A DNA stretch of 64,000 bases from a virus, in IMG/VR virus record IMGVR_UViG_3300032288_003288. The stretch is one strand, 5' to 3'. The notes beneath the pieces are model-generated. The model made no database searches. It was not told the origin of the DNA and saw only the letters and a list, made by a program, of their open reading frames with translations. Below, piece by piece: positions 27,989 to 36,687 of the stretch. The translations under genes and the position numbers were made by a program. The number at the start of each line of letters is the position of its first letter. Position 1 is the stretch's first letter.

Positions 27989-28330
27989 TCACTTTTTTTG
28001 TTTAAGCCAGTTATTATATAGTAATTTATGTTCCTCTTTGAGAGGTTTAGATGCATCCACACGAATCATGTTATATCTTCCTTGAGTCTTCATTCTATTG
28101 TGGACTATAAAGTTACAATTACTCGGTTTGAGTTCTTCAGGAAGATCTTCTGTCATCCATGCGCATAGGTATCTTCTACACACTTCAGGGCGTTGATCGT
28201 AGATCGCACAACCATGCACCTCTAGTTTGTTTAGAAAGTGACATGGCTTTCCTCGATGCATTGGAATTCCATGGATATCGGCGCTCAAAGCTCCTGAACA
28301 ACAGGCTGTGCACTCACCACACTCTCTCAT
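27989..28330 (-). CDS. CxxCxxCC (YkgJ-like) Zn/Fe cluster protein
   Basis: CGECTACC...PCHFL...CAIYDQRPEVC. Confidence 0.8.
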   Translation of the reverse strand: MRECGECTACCSGALSADIHGIPMHRGKPCHFLNKLEVHGCAIYDQRPEVCRRYLCAWMTEDLPEELKPSNCNFIVHNRMKTQGRYNMIRVDASKPLKEEHKLLYNNWLKQKK

Positions 28331-28345
28331 ATGAATCCTTTAAAG

Positions 28346-28495
28346 GCGAAGCGGAAGGATTTGGTTATACCTTCAAGACCCAGTCAATTACCTATCGTAA
28401 TCTCGGTCAACGATCCGTTTGCCGGTTGAGCGGGAGACCAATCCCCGGATCTACTTTAGGTCCACTGACAAGGACCTTATTCAGTCACGCTTCTT
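28346..28495 (-). ncRNA. Structured RNA, possibly manA-motif-like
   Basis: Terminal GAAGCG/CGCTTC stem, GTGACTGAATA 5' segment, GGTATAACCAAATCC 3' segment, internal hairpins; family name from recollection only. Confidence 0.5.
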
Positions 28496-28518
28496 ACACC
28501 ACCCGTCGGCAGTGATCT

Positions 28519-28608
28519 TGGATGCCCTGTGGGATCCTCCCCCACGTACCCCTGAATGCAGGGGATCTTAGTCTAACTGCACGACGACCGTGTCCCAGAT
28601 CAAGGGCA
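28519..28608 (-). ncRNA. tRNA-like RNA with a Gln-type acceptor end and encoded CCA
   Basis: TGCCCT/AGGGCA-T-CCA; T-arm GTGGG-GGAGGAT-CCCAC; arm CCCCTG/CAGGGG. Confidence 0.55.
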
Positions 28609-28612
28609 AATT

Positions 28613-28813
28613 TGGCCCGCCCTATGTCCGCCGGGCTCCAGCAGACATTCATCTCGCTCTGACCGACGGGCAATCAGAGTCATATCCTATCATTACTGAG
28701 ACCACGAGGCGATAGGATACCGGCGCGGAATATGCGGGTTAAGCAGTTCAAGTTCAAAGACTCTCATAGTGTGCCTTGTCAAGGCAGTTGCAACTACCTT
28801 TAACTTCCCGCAT
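28613..28813 (-). ncRNA. One or two further structured RNAs downstream of tRNA-Asn
   Basis: Stems ATGCGGG/CCCGCAT, TATCCTATC/GATAGGATA, CTCTGA/TCAGAG and ATGTCTGCTGG/CCGGCGGACAT; ends GCGGG-CCA. Confidence 0.5.
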
Positions 28814-28819
28814 CTAAAA

Positions 28820-28894
28820 TGGCTCCGGCGGTAGGATTCGAACCTACGACCACTCGATTAACAGTCGAGGGCTCTACCGCTGAGCTACACCGGA
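28820..28894 (-). tRNA. tRNA-Asn(GTT)
   Basis: Cloverleaf, CTCGA-CT-GTT-AA-TCGAG, CCA. Confidence 0.95.
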
Positions 28895-28945
28895 ATAACT
28901 TATGTATTCTATATATACTGTGTTTTAGGATATGTACATGTATTT

Positions 28946-29029
28946 TGGTAGGGACGGCGGGACTCGAACCCGCAAGGATTTACCGAGGCATTTTAAGTGC
29001 CTTGCGTTTACCGATTTCGCCACGTCCCC
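28946..29029 (-). tRNA. tRNA-Leu(TAA)
   Basis: AGGCA-CT-TAA-AA-TGCCT, long variable arm, CCA. Confidence 0.95.
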
Positions 29030-29035
29030 AAAAGG

Positions 29036-29221
29036 TTACTTGACGGGCGTAGTCGTCTCCACAAAGTCACAGACCAGCTGGAAAAACTCGTCTTCGTCTT
29101 CTGACTCCATTCGCATGAGCTTGTCACGAACGTTTTCGGTTACACCATGAACATAGAAGTAGTGAGCAATAGCACGCTCCACTGTGGGCATGCCAAAGTA
29201 TTCAATCGTATTGCTCTTCAT
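29036..29221 (-). CDS. Small early hypothetical protein
   Basis: TAATG-coupled ORF. Confidence 0.6.
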   Translation of the reverse strand: MKSNTIEYFGMPTVERAIAHYFYVHGVTENVRDKLMRMESEDEDEFFQLVCDFVETTTPVK

Positions 29222-29424
29222 TACATGTCCTCCAGAAGATCGATGATACGAGAGATGATTTCTTCGAAGTCATCATCAGGATGATAGCCGCAGTCAATGA
29301 CCACGTCGTTATACATTTCCTGAATGTAGTCGCGGATCTCGACGCCATGAACGCCTGTGATGGCCTCATAGACAAATTCAAAAGGATCGTCCTGTGCAAG
29401 GATCATCTCATTCACACCAGTCAT
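29221..29424 (-). CDS. Small acidic hypothetical protein
   Basis: HPDDDFEEI; coupled ORF. Confidence 0.65.
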   Translation of the reverse strand: MTGVNEMILAQDDPFEFVYEAITGVHGVEIRDYIQEMYNDVVIDCGYHPDDDFEEIISRIIDLLEDM

Positions 29425-29636
29425 TATATATACCTCGCTTCCAAATCAGTTTCAGTAAAAGCTGCCACCACGTCTACATAGTGATCGTCTTCGTAGTAGC
29501 GTAGCATCATGCCGCGTTCTTTGGCTTCACGACAGAAGGCTTCGACGCGCTCTAGTGCCAGTTCAGGATTTTCCCTAATCCAGCTCTTGTACATGTGCTT
29601 CTGAGCGCACGAAGCCATGGGAGAAATCTGAGACAT
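29424..29636 (-). CDS. Small hypothetical protein
   Basis: Coupled ORF. Confidence 0.6.
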   Translation of the reverse strand: MSQISPMASCAQKHMYKSWIRENPELALERVEAFCREAKERGMMLRYYEDDHYVDVVAAFTETDLEARYI

Positions 29637-29914
29637 TATGCAACTCTCTTCTGAATAGCAATATCGCGGAACGTCACCACGAACTTCATCATCTCCAGCG
29701 ACGTATCAGCCAGTCGAGCGATCGAGTACTTGGAAGGTGACTTTTCATTGTAGAACTGAACATAGATCCAATCGATCAGGTCGTCAGCTGCGTTGTAGTC
29801 CTTCATGATCTTGACAACTTCGCCACGAATGGTGCCTGCGGCAGACTCATAACGAACGCGGTCGCCGATGAGGATCGTCTTGGGATAAGCCATGTTTTCT
29901 TCCTTCTTCATCAT
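29636..29914 (-). CDS. SH3/KOW-like small early protein
   Basis: IGDRVRY...GEVVKI; promoter 29921-29949. Confidence 0.65.
   Translation of the reverse strand: MMKKEENMAYPKTILIGDRVRYESAAGTIRGEVVKIMKDYNAADDLIDWIYVQFYNEKSPSKYSIARLADTSLEMMKFVVTFRDIAIQKRVA
29856..29911. repeat. 56-bp exact repeat, second copy at 37915-37970
   Basis: acgcggtcgccgatgaggatcgtcttgggataagccatgttttcttccttcttcat. Confidence 0.9.
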
Positions 29915-29973
29915 AGGTCCACCTTACCCCATAATGGAGAATATGTACATGCCCTTTTTTAATTAAAATGAAA

Positions 29974-32019
29974 TTATTTTGAGGAGGCCCTGTAGACCCC
30001 GTCCCAGTTGGCCGGCGGGCTGTCCTGGAGCTCCCTGATGCGAGCTTCCATCATCTTATAGTAGTCTTTTAAGGCCCCTGCCCAAACGTGTTTCATGACA
30101 ACAGCCATGTTTAGAGCTCTGTCCCATTCACCTTGTCTGTAGGCATCAAGGAATCGGAAGTGAGCAATTTCAGAGCTCTTGTCAATCTTTCCTAAAACGG
30201 TATAGATTCGGGCCGGTTCGGTCTTGCCTTTGACAGCTATAAGATCTAGCTCTACGACCTGATACTTTGCTCTTACATACTCGGCGGTTTTTGGCCCAAT
30301 AATGATTTTAACCCCGTAAGGTTTGGATTGTCCTTCCAGTCTCGAGGCGAGATTAACCCCGTCGCCAAGACAAGTATAGTCAAACCGCTGAGTAGAACCC
30401 ATATTGCCAACCACAACGGTGTCAGTATTAATGCCAAGACCCATGCCAAAAGCAGGAATGCCTTCTTGAGATATCTCTTCATTGAATTTCTCCAAGTCTT
30501 TAAGCATCGCCAGACTAGTCTTGACGGCGTTCAGCGCATGCTCCTCGTCGTCAAGCGGAGCATTCCAAAATGCCATCTGAGCGTCGCCTATATACTTATC
30601 TAGCGTGCCGTTATTTTCTATGATTCTAGAGGTCATGGCAGTCATGTAGCGGTTCATGATCTTTGTCAGACCTTGAACGTCCTTGCCATAGTGCTCTGAG
30701 ATTGTGGTAAATCCACGTACGTCTGTGAACATGATAGACAGCTCACGGGACTCTCCGCCGAGCGTCAACAACTCTGGATTTTTTTGTAGCTTCTCTACCA
30801 TTGCTGGTGAAAGATACGTACCAAACTGCTTCTTGATCTGCATCTTCTGCATGTATTCAGAGATGTACTTGGCAGTAAAGATGTGTACGTAGATCAGTAT
30901 AGCTGCAGCAAAATTAAAAGTGACGTCTAGCAGAATATTCTTGCTGCCAAACAGATAGAAAGGTATGTACATATAGGCAGACAGGAGTATAATGATATAT
31001 ATCCAGGAAAACCTAAATCTAGACAACACTATCAGCGCCAGCGCGAGGAATACGAATGAGCCAAGATCCACCAAAGGAATCCAATTTGGAATCGACGCAG
31101 ATTCACCATTCAGAAGAGTCTCTAGAATGCTGGCCTGGAGTTGATGGGGATTCTGCGCACCTGAGGGAGTCGCTACAGGGTTCGCGATACCAGCAGCAGT
31201 TACGCCAACTATCACTATTTTACCACTCAGGTCTGGTAAAGGACCCTCACCAATTTCGATTGACTGAAATCGAAAGTTCGGATTGATAAAGATCCGACCA
31301 TACTCATCCGTCTTAATTGTTTCATATGAAGGAACTCGTAATGCTTCAACACCCGTCACATTCACTTTCGCCTGATACGAGGGATCTCCCGCAGCTACTC
31401 GAAGCATTTCTAAAGCAAACGCTGGATAGTATTCACTGCCTGAAGTCGCAAGAAGAGGAACTCTCCGAACGACTCCATCTGATTCGGGAAGAGTCGAAGT
31501 TACTCCAACACCAACTGCGGCTTGCTGAAGAACTTCAACATTTGATATTACGCAAGGATAATCCGGTAGATAGTCGGTGGCCTGACCATCTCCAATCACC
31601 GCAACGCCAATCGTTCGAGGATTGCGGGTTTCTTTACTTGGACACGATGGCAGAGTCGTCTGTGATAAAACTACCGGAGCGCTTCTGAAACTGCCTGCAA
31701 GTTCTTTGTCACCTCCGAAACGATCGGGATCAGGATAAAGAATAGTAGTGCCGACGAGACCAGCGCCAGCAGAATACAGGTCTGAATGAATCTTGACATA
31801 TGTACCTCGGGGAAATGGATATTGACCGTACGTCTCAATCGCCTTTTCGCCGATGTTTGCCAAGACAATCTGTTCAGACTGCTTAGAATTATCTAACATG
31901 AGGAAGTCATAAAACTTCAGTCTAGTAGCTTCTACTAGATATGGATCAAGCAGCTTCACCGCCAAAAGTAGCGTGAATGTAAGGACTGCCATCCAAGGTG
32001 AAAGTACTATCTTTTTCAT
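29974..32019 (-). CDS. CHASE2-domain class III adenylate/guanylate cyclase
   Basis: GQYPFPR and DGVVRRVP (CHASE2), TM helices, FTDVRGFT, DKYIGDA, GDGVNLASRLE. Confidence 0.93.
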   Translation of the reverse strand: MKKIVLSPWMAVLTFTLLLAVKLLDPYLVEATRLKFYDFLMLDNSKQSEQIVLANIGEKAIETYGQYPFPRGTYVKIHSDLYSAGAGLVGTTILYPDPDRFGGDKELAGSFRSAPVVLSQTTLPSCPSKETRNPRTIGVAVIGDGQATDYLPDYPCVISNVEVLQQAAVGVGVTSTLPESDGVVRRVPLLATSGSEYYPAFALEMLRVAAGDPSYQAKVNVTGVEALRVPSYETIKTDEYGRIFINPNFRFQSIEIGEGPLPDLSGKIVIVGVTAAGIANPVATPSGAQNPHQLQASILETLLNGESASIPNWIPLVDLGSFVFLALALIVLSRFRFSWIYIIILLSAYMYIPFYLFGSKNILLDVTFNFAAAILIYVHIFTAKYISEYMQKMQIKKQFGTYLSPAMVEKLQKNPELLTLGGESRELSIMFTDVRGFTTISEHYGKDVQGLTKIMNRYMTAMTSRIIENNGTLDKYIGDAQMAFWNAPLDDEEHALNAVKTSLAMLKDLEKFNEEISQEGIPAFGMGLGINTDTVVVGNMGSTQRFDYTCLGDGVNLASRLEGQSKPYGVKIIIGPKTAEYVRAKYQVVELDLIAVKGKTEPARIYTVLGKIDKSSEIAHFRFLDAYRQGEWDRALNMAVVMKHVWAGALKDYYKMMEARIRELQDSPPANWDGVYRASSK

Positions 32020-32022
32020 GGC

Positions 32023-33165
32023 CTATTTATTAGATTGCCATATCGTTATGCTGCCCTGTGATCTGCCCATGCCTGAAGTAGGCCACTTATGGTCAGCAAA
32101 GTTGAAGTAGTCTATCAGTCCATTCTGAACAACGATGATCTCTGTGTCTGTAGTCTTTTCTAAAAAGATGGTGGTCAGTTGACCGGCATCTTGTGACAAG
32201 CTAGAGTAGACCCAACCAACTTGCACCTGTTTCTCTAGATACGGTGAAACGTTTGTCTGCAGAGTAGCTACTAATTCTTTTTCAGGATTAAACTCTTTGA
32301 AGATCTGATACAGTTCGTCTTGAGTGGGAGGTTGCTGAATGATTACAGCCACCTGTTCTATAGAAGCTCCTACGTCCGGATCTTGATTGTCGTCTGCCGC
32401 TGCTGCAGCAGGATTGGTGCTCTTTTTGAGATCTCTGCGTGCTCGACCGATGACACTTTCTCCTGAATCACTAGCAGGCGCCGAGATTTGGAGGTTATTG
32501 TCAAGCTGCTTCATGGTCATGTTGACGGTGGTAGGCGGAGACGGAGGGACGAACGAGCTCTCGACGACGGTCGCCTGAAACGGCTGATTCATTGTCACCA
32601 CTCCGCTTGCAGTGATCACCTCGATCTCTCCGACCTCGCAGTCGTTCGTGTCTTTGAACATGTCTGCGTCGTCGAAGCACGCTGGCAACAGAACGACCAT
32701 GGTCCTTCCAGCCTCGTCGACTGACATGACAAAGTCTGTGCCTCTAACTCCGATGGTGGCTGTAGGCGTTCTAATGTTGACACCCTTTGTATTGCCATGA
32801 GCGATGCCTCCAGACGCATAGCGAACTGTGCCTAAAGCTACTTTGAGCCCTAGTCGACCTTTTGCTTTTGCATTTCCGTCGAATACAAAGTCATCGATGA
32901 CGAGTCTAGAGTTCTCAGTGATATTAACGTTGGTAGAATCAACAAACGTAATCCTAAAACGTCCTTGAGAAGTCGTAGAAATTGTATCGTTCTTTTCTAT
33001 CCCAGATCCTCTTGCCGCTGGCATAGTTCTTGCGGCCCGTTTTATGGAGCCAGCGCCTTTAAACTCTGTTATCGACCCGATTGATGCCATCGCAGGAGTC
33101 GATAACGCGAGTAGACTAATTAACAGTAGTAGACTAATTAACAGTAGTAATGTTATACGTGCCAT
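32023..33165 (-). CDS. FecR-domain exported protein
   Basis: Signal peptide; TPTATIGVRGTDF. Confidence 0.85.
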   Translation of the reverse strand: MARITLLLLISLLLLISLLALSTPAMASIGSITEFKGAGSIKRAARTMPAARGSGIEKNDTISTTSQGRFRITFVDSTNVNITENSRLVIDDFVFDGNAKAKGRLGLKVALGTVRYASGGIAHGNTKGVNIRTPTATIGVRGTDFVMSVDEAGRTMVVLLPACFDDADMFKDTNDCEVGEIEVITASGVVTMNQPFQATVVESSFVPPSPPTTVNMTMKQLDNNLQISAPASDSGESVIGRARRDLKKSTNPAAAAADDNQDPDVGASIEQVAVIIQQPPTQDELYQIFKEFNPEKELVATLQTNVSPYLEKQVQVGWVYSSLSQDAGQLTTIFLEKTTDTEIIVVQNGLIDYFNFADHKWPTSGMGRSQGSITIWQSNK

Positions 33166-33919
33166 TGCTACCGACCGCTTGAATATTGATTATAGTCTCT
33201 GTAGCGCCTTGTTGATTCGTATTGACGATGTTACCAGAACCCGTAAAGTTCGTATACAACGAATGTCCAAAAGTACCTCCTAGTCCAGTCTGTGTAACGT
33301 TGAAGATGTTCTGATCTCCTGTCACTAAGACAGTCTGAGTGGCATTAGGACTATCAACGTCCAAGTAGAACTCGTTGTTGTTACCGTTGACATCCATTGA
33401 ATTGCGAATGTTTTCTCCGTTACCAAGAAACTCAAAACGATTGTTGTTTCCTGTAAAACGAACGTTCATATCAAGCTGGTTACAGCTGGTCGTATTGCCA
33501 TCACCACAACGGATGAGGGCATAGTTGATATCACCGATCTGTTGAGTCGTGATTGTTGCTAATCCTGTCTGACCAGTACCTGAAGTCACAGTCAAATAAA
33601 GCTGGTTATTATCGCCGTCCTGAATCGCCGTTACCGTCTGATTGTCTCCGCTCAGTACTATCTTGTCTAGACCAGTACCTACACGGTTACCTGTACCAGA
33701 CTGCTCTATGTTAACTTCGACGTTTTGACCGGTCTGATCGATATAGACCTTGTTGGTCGTTGCTATGGCTGCAGCTTCGTTCTCATTAGGAGAAGAAGTA
33801 ACGATCGCCGGCGGAGTAGGTGCGGTGGGCAATACCACGGCCTGGGGTGTCGCCACCTGTGCTACGGCCGCAGTAGAAGCAAACAACACCGCAAAGAGTG
33901 CTGTTATGTGGAGTCTCAT
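33134..33919 (-). CDS. Curlin-like repeat exported protein
   Basis: Signal peptide; repeated I-x-Q-x-G-x-x-N units. Confidence 0.7.
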   Translation of the reverse strand: MRLHITALFAVLFASTAAVAQVATPQAVVLPTAPTPPAIVTSSPNENEAAAIATTNKVYIDQTGQNVEVNIEQSGTGNRVGTGLDKIVLSGDNQTVTAIQDGDNNQLYLTVTSGTGQTGLATITTQQIGDINYALIRCGDGNTTSCNQLDMNVRFTGNNNRFEFLGNGENIRNSMDVNGNNNEFYLDVDSPNATQTVLVTGDQNIFNVTQTGLGGTFGHSLYTNFTGSGNIVNTNQQGATETIINIQAVGSNGTYNITTVN

Positions 33920-34731
33920 TTGTTTTCTTCCTGTGTTTTAAAGCGCCATAGACCCTTATTTTCACCATTTTTAATGAGCTCAACAACACCGGTCTCTATG
34001 GCTGAACGTATAGCATAATTCCCTGGTTCGTTAGATGTCTGTTGTCCGTCTAGTTCAAATGCGTTAGTTCCCACATTAAAGAATTTGAAGGCTGTCACGC
34101 CTTCTGATGTGGATAGTAGATTCTTTTGAACTGTGACAGACGTTAGTACCTCGCCTGTCTGTACAGACACAAGTCTAAGATGGATGATCACTTGATCTTC
34201 TATGTACTGAGTGTGAGGACCTATGCCAAACACTCTTACACCCAATCCACCAGTCTTGATGTTAGAGTTGTAGTCAATGATTCCGCCTTCGAGGATGATT
34301 CCGGCCACCATCAGCGGAGGTAGAGACGTCACATCTTCACCTTGAACCTGTTCGCGCATCTGTCTGATAAGCTGACGTTCTTTGATCAGGTTATCGATGC
34401 CGACACGTTCGACAGGAATGAACCATTTTCCACCACCGACATCTTGTAGAGTCTTGATGACATAGGCATCTGCGCCCTGAGTCACCGCAGTAGAGAAAGA
34501 GGATAAAGAATGTGACGGTTTTCTTTGACCGGTCCTGTCAGTAAAAGAATACACTGCCACCGGTATAGGAGGCCCGTCCAGTTCCGGGACGGTTTGCATG
34601 ATGTCTGCGTTTGCAAACGTCGCGACTTTGGCATCTCCTCTCAAGACAAAGCTTTGATTAAGAGTAGGATGAACACTGCCTGCGCAGCCAGTCAAGAGTA
34701 CAAATGAGATTAGTCCCAGTAGCTTTTTCAT
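33916..34731 (-). CDS. csgG: Curli secretion channel CsgG lipoprotein
   Basis: Lipobox LLTGC; AVYSFTDRTGQRK, STAVTQG, ERQLIR, EGGIIDY. Confidence 0.92.
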   Translation of the reverse strand: MKKLLGLISFVLLTGCAGSVHPTLNQSFVLRGDAKVATFANADIMQTVPELDGPPIPVAVYSFTDRTGQRKPSHSLSSFSTAVTQGADAYVIKTLQDVGGGKWFIPVERVGIDNLIKERQLIRQMREQVQGEDVTSLPPLMVAGIILEGGIIDYNSNIKTGGLGVRVFGIGPHTQYIEDQVIIHLRLVSVQTGEVLTSVTVQKNLLSTSEGVTAFKFFNVGTNAFELDGQQTSNEPGNYAIRSAIETGVVELIKNGENKGLWRFKTQEENK

Positions 34732-34739
34732 TTGACCTC

Positions 34740-35189
34740 CTAGAAAGCAAATGATGCTATTGGGACACTTATCACTGTGATTTTACCAGAGAGATCGACC
34801 ACCGTCAGGGTGACGTCTGTGCCGGTCTTGACATAGCTTATGGTGTTCCCGTCGAGTTGAAAGGATCCACCGTTGTTCGTGCTACCTTCAGCAAACAAGC
34901 TGTTGGAAAGCTGAGTGGCCAGTTGTGAATAGACTTGCGCCGTGAACAGTTGCATGAACTTAGCCAACGGTGTGTTGGACGCAGCAGCCAGAGCTTTGGC
35001 TTCTTCAGCCGCAGCCTTGTCTTTGATAGCTTGTTCTCGCGATCGCTCTTGCTGTTCTATAGACTGTACATGCGAAGACCATCCGTAACCGTTAAAGGAT
35101 GGGCTCTTAAACTGCTGTACTATATCTCCTGCAAGAGCAGGACTACTTAAGAACATCAAGAACGTTAGGATCAGTATCCTTTTCAGCAT
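34740..35189 (-). CDS. csgF: Curli assembly factor CsgF-like
   Basis: Signal peptide then FKSPSFNG; adjacent to csgG. Confidence 0.8.
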   Translation of the reverse strand: MLKRILILTFLMFLSSPALAGDIVQQFKSPSFNGYGWSSHVQSIEQQERSREQAIKDKAAAEEAKALAAASNTPLAKFMQLFTAQVYSQLATQLSNSLFAEGSTNNGGSFQLDGNTISYVKTGTDVTLTVVDLSGKITVISVPIASFAF

Positions 35190-35251
35190 CTTCTTCTTTC
35201 TCTTTTTTATCAGAAGAGAAGCTAAATTCAATATTAAGTATCTTGAGGAGT

Positions 35252-35521
35252 TCAATCTTTAGACTTATGGTCATCTCGATTTCCTTCCTCTCGCAGCTGT
35301 AATAGTACACTCACCTTCTGTTGTAAGCGGATCAGATCATTGTCAAGCATTCTGATACGATCGATCAACGCAATAAGGGTGGCGTTCGTTTCTTTTATGA
35401 CTGGTATAATTTGAGTGGTTACATGTGAATATATGAACTTGATAAAAAAGCCCATCCCCACAGCAGCGACTATGGGAAATCCGTACTTAGATATCAGTTC
35501 ACTTAATTGTTCAGGGTTCAT
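35252..35521 (-). CDS. TM + coiled-coil protein
   Basis: YGFPIVAAVGMG...LIDRIRMLDNDLIRL. Confidence 0.75.
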   Translation of the reverse strand: MNPEQLSELISKYGFPIVAAVGMGFFIKFIYSHVTTQIIPVIKETNATLIALIDRIRMLDNDLIRLQQKVSVLLQLREEGNRDDHKSKD

Positions 35522-35699
35522 TTTGGACGACGTTCTTTCTTAAAACGATTCGTCCATTATCATTGATCACGAAGGTATATTGATCACCGGACCTACAAAC
35601 CGAGAAATCCTTCGATGTAATGTCACGATCCATAAGGATCGATCCATCGCTTAAAATCTCAAATATGTAGTCAGCATAAGTTGTTCCCATAAGCTCCAA
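35511..35699 (-). CDS. Small hypothetical protein (start uncertain)
   Basis: Fills the gap in the operon. Confidence 0.5.
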   Translation of the reverse strand: MELMGTTYADYIFEILSDGSILMDRDITSKDFSVCRSGDQYTFVINDNGRIVLRKNVVQNEP

Positions 35700-35987
35700 C
35701 TAATCTCTCCTGGCATCGTTCTTACCGTCGGCTCGAGCGATCCTATCAAGATCTGGTCTGAGGCCCAGGGCAGAACTTACGACTGCATCGACTCGTATAA
35801 TGTCATGATTCATAGTTTTGACACGATTGTCTAATGCACCGATTATGCCTTGTAGACCCTTAAGTTGGGAAACTACACCGTCCATGATGTACTTCAGAAT
35901 ATGATAAACAAAGACCCCACCTAGCAAAGCTGCTGCGATAGGGAATCCAACGTCAGCTATAATTTTGAATACGATGTCATAGCTCAT
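35700..35987 (-). CDS. TM + coiled-coil protein (paralog of 35252-35521)
   Basis: VGFPIAAA...LDNRVKTMNHDIIR; TATAAATA at 35993-36000 just upstream. Confidence 0.75.
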   Translation of the reverse strand: MSYDIVFKIIADVGFPIAAALLGGVFVYHILKYIMDGVVSQLKGLQGIIGALDNRVKTMNHDIIRVDAVVSSALGLRPDLDRIARADGKNDARRD

Positions 35988-36023
35988 ACTGATATTTATA
36001 CGAGCCACGAAGCCTGAAGCTAA

Positions 36024-36227
36024 TTAATAGTAACTAGAACCTAAATTCAGGCTACTCTGTGAGACACATACAGCCTGAGCTTGAACTCCGCGATTGAACG
36101 CAGCTGCGTACGCATCCTGAATAGCTTCTTCACAAGCCGTTTCAGATGCAAACGTCTGAGTATAGAACTTAAAAGACTCTTGTGGAGGATTGGTGTTCCA
36201 CAGAGCTAAAATCATAATCCACTTCAT
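36024..36227 (-). CDS. Small exported two-Cys protein
   Basis: MKWIMILAL...ACEEA...AVCV. Confidence 0.65.
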   Translation of the reverse strand: MKWIMILALWNTNPPQESFKFYTQTFASETACEEAIQDAYAAAFNRGVQAQAVCVSQSSLNLGSSYY

Positions 36228-36242
36228 AATATATTCTCCTTA

Positions 36243-36318
<76 letters not shown>

Positions 36319-36326
36319 GATGCTCT

Positions 36327-36500
36327 TTACTCTACGCTAAAAGCAATATTTTTAAGTTTTAGATACTTAACTACGTTAAATGAAAGATCCCAGCTATCAC
36401 CACGTCTATGATTGCCAAAAGTTAAACAACTCTTAACTTTCAATAGGTCGCTTTCGCCTAAAATCGTAGCTATCATCTTGGCAATTTCATCATGTATCAT
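36327..36500 (-). CDS. 57-aa hypothetical protein (not in ORF track)
   Basis: MIHDEIAKMIATILGESDLL...; SD AGGTG; lies between tRNAs. Confidence 0.45.
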   Translation of the reverse strand: MIHDEIAKMIATILGESDLLKVKSCLTFGNHRRGDSWDLSFNVVKYLKLKNIAFSVE

Positions 36501-36528
36501 ACATCACCTACTGATAGTACTATATATC

Positions 36529-36604
36529 TGGCATCCCTCCGAGGACTCGAACCTCGCTATCCGGTTTTGGAGACCGGTGCATCGCCCCTAAATGCTTGAG
36601 GGAC
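36529..36604 (-). tRNA. tRNA-Trp(CCA)
   Basis: CCGGT-CT-CCA-AA-ACCGG, CCA end. Confidence 0.92.
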
Positions 36605-36606
36605 AC

Positions 36607-36683
36607 TGGTCGGGGATGACGGATTCGAACCGCCGACCCTCTGCTCCCAAAGCAGATGCGCTACCAGGCTGCGCTAATCCCCG
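36607..36683 (-). tRNA. tRNA-Pro(TGG)
   Basis: TCTGC-TT-TGG-GA-GCAGA. Confidence 0.95.
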
Positions 36684-36687
36684 TATC

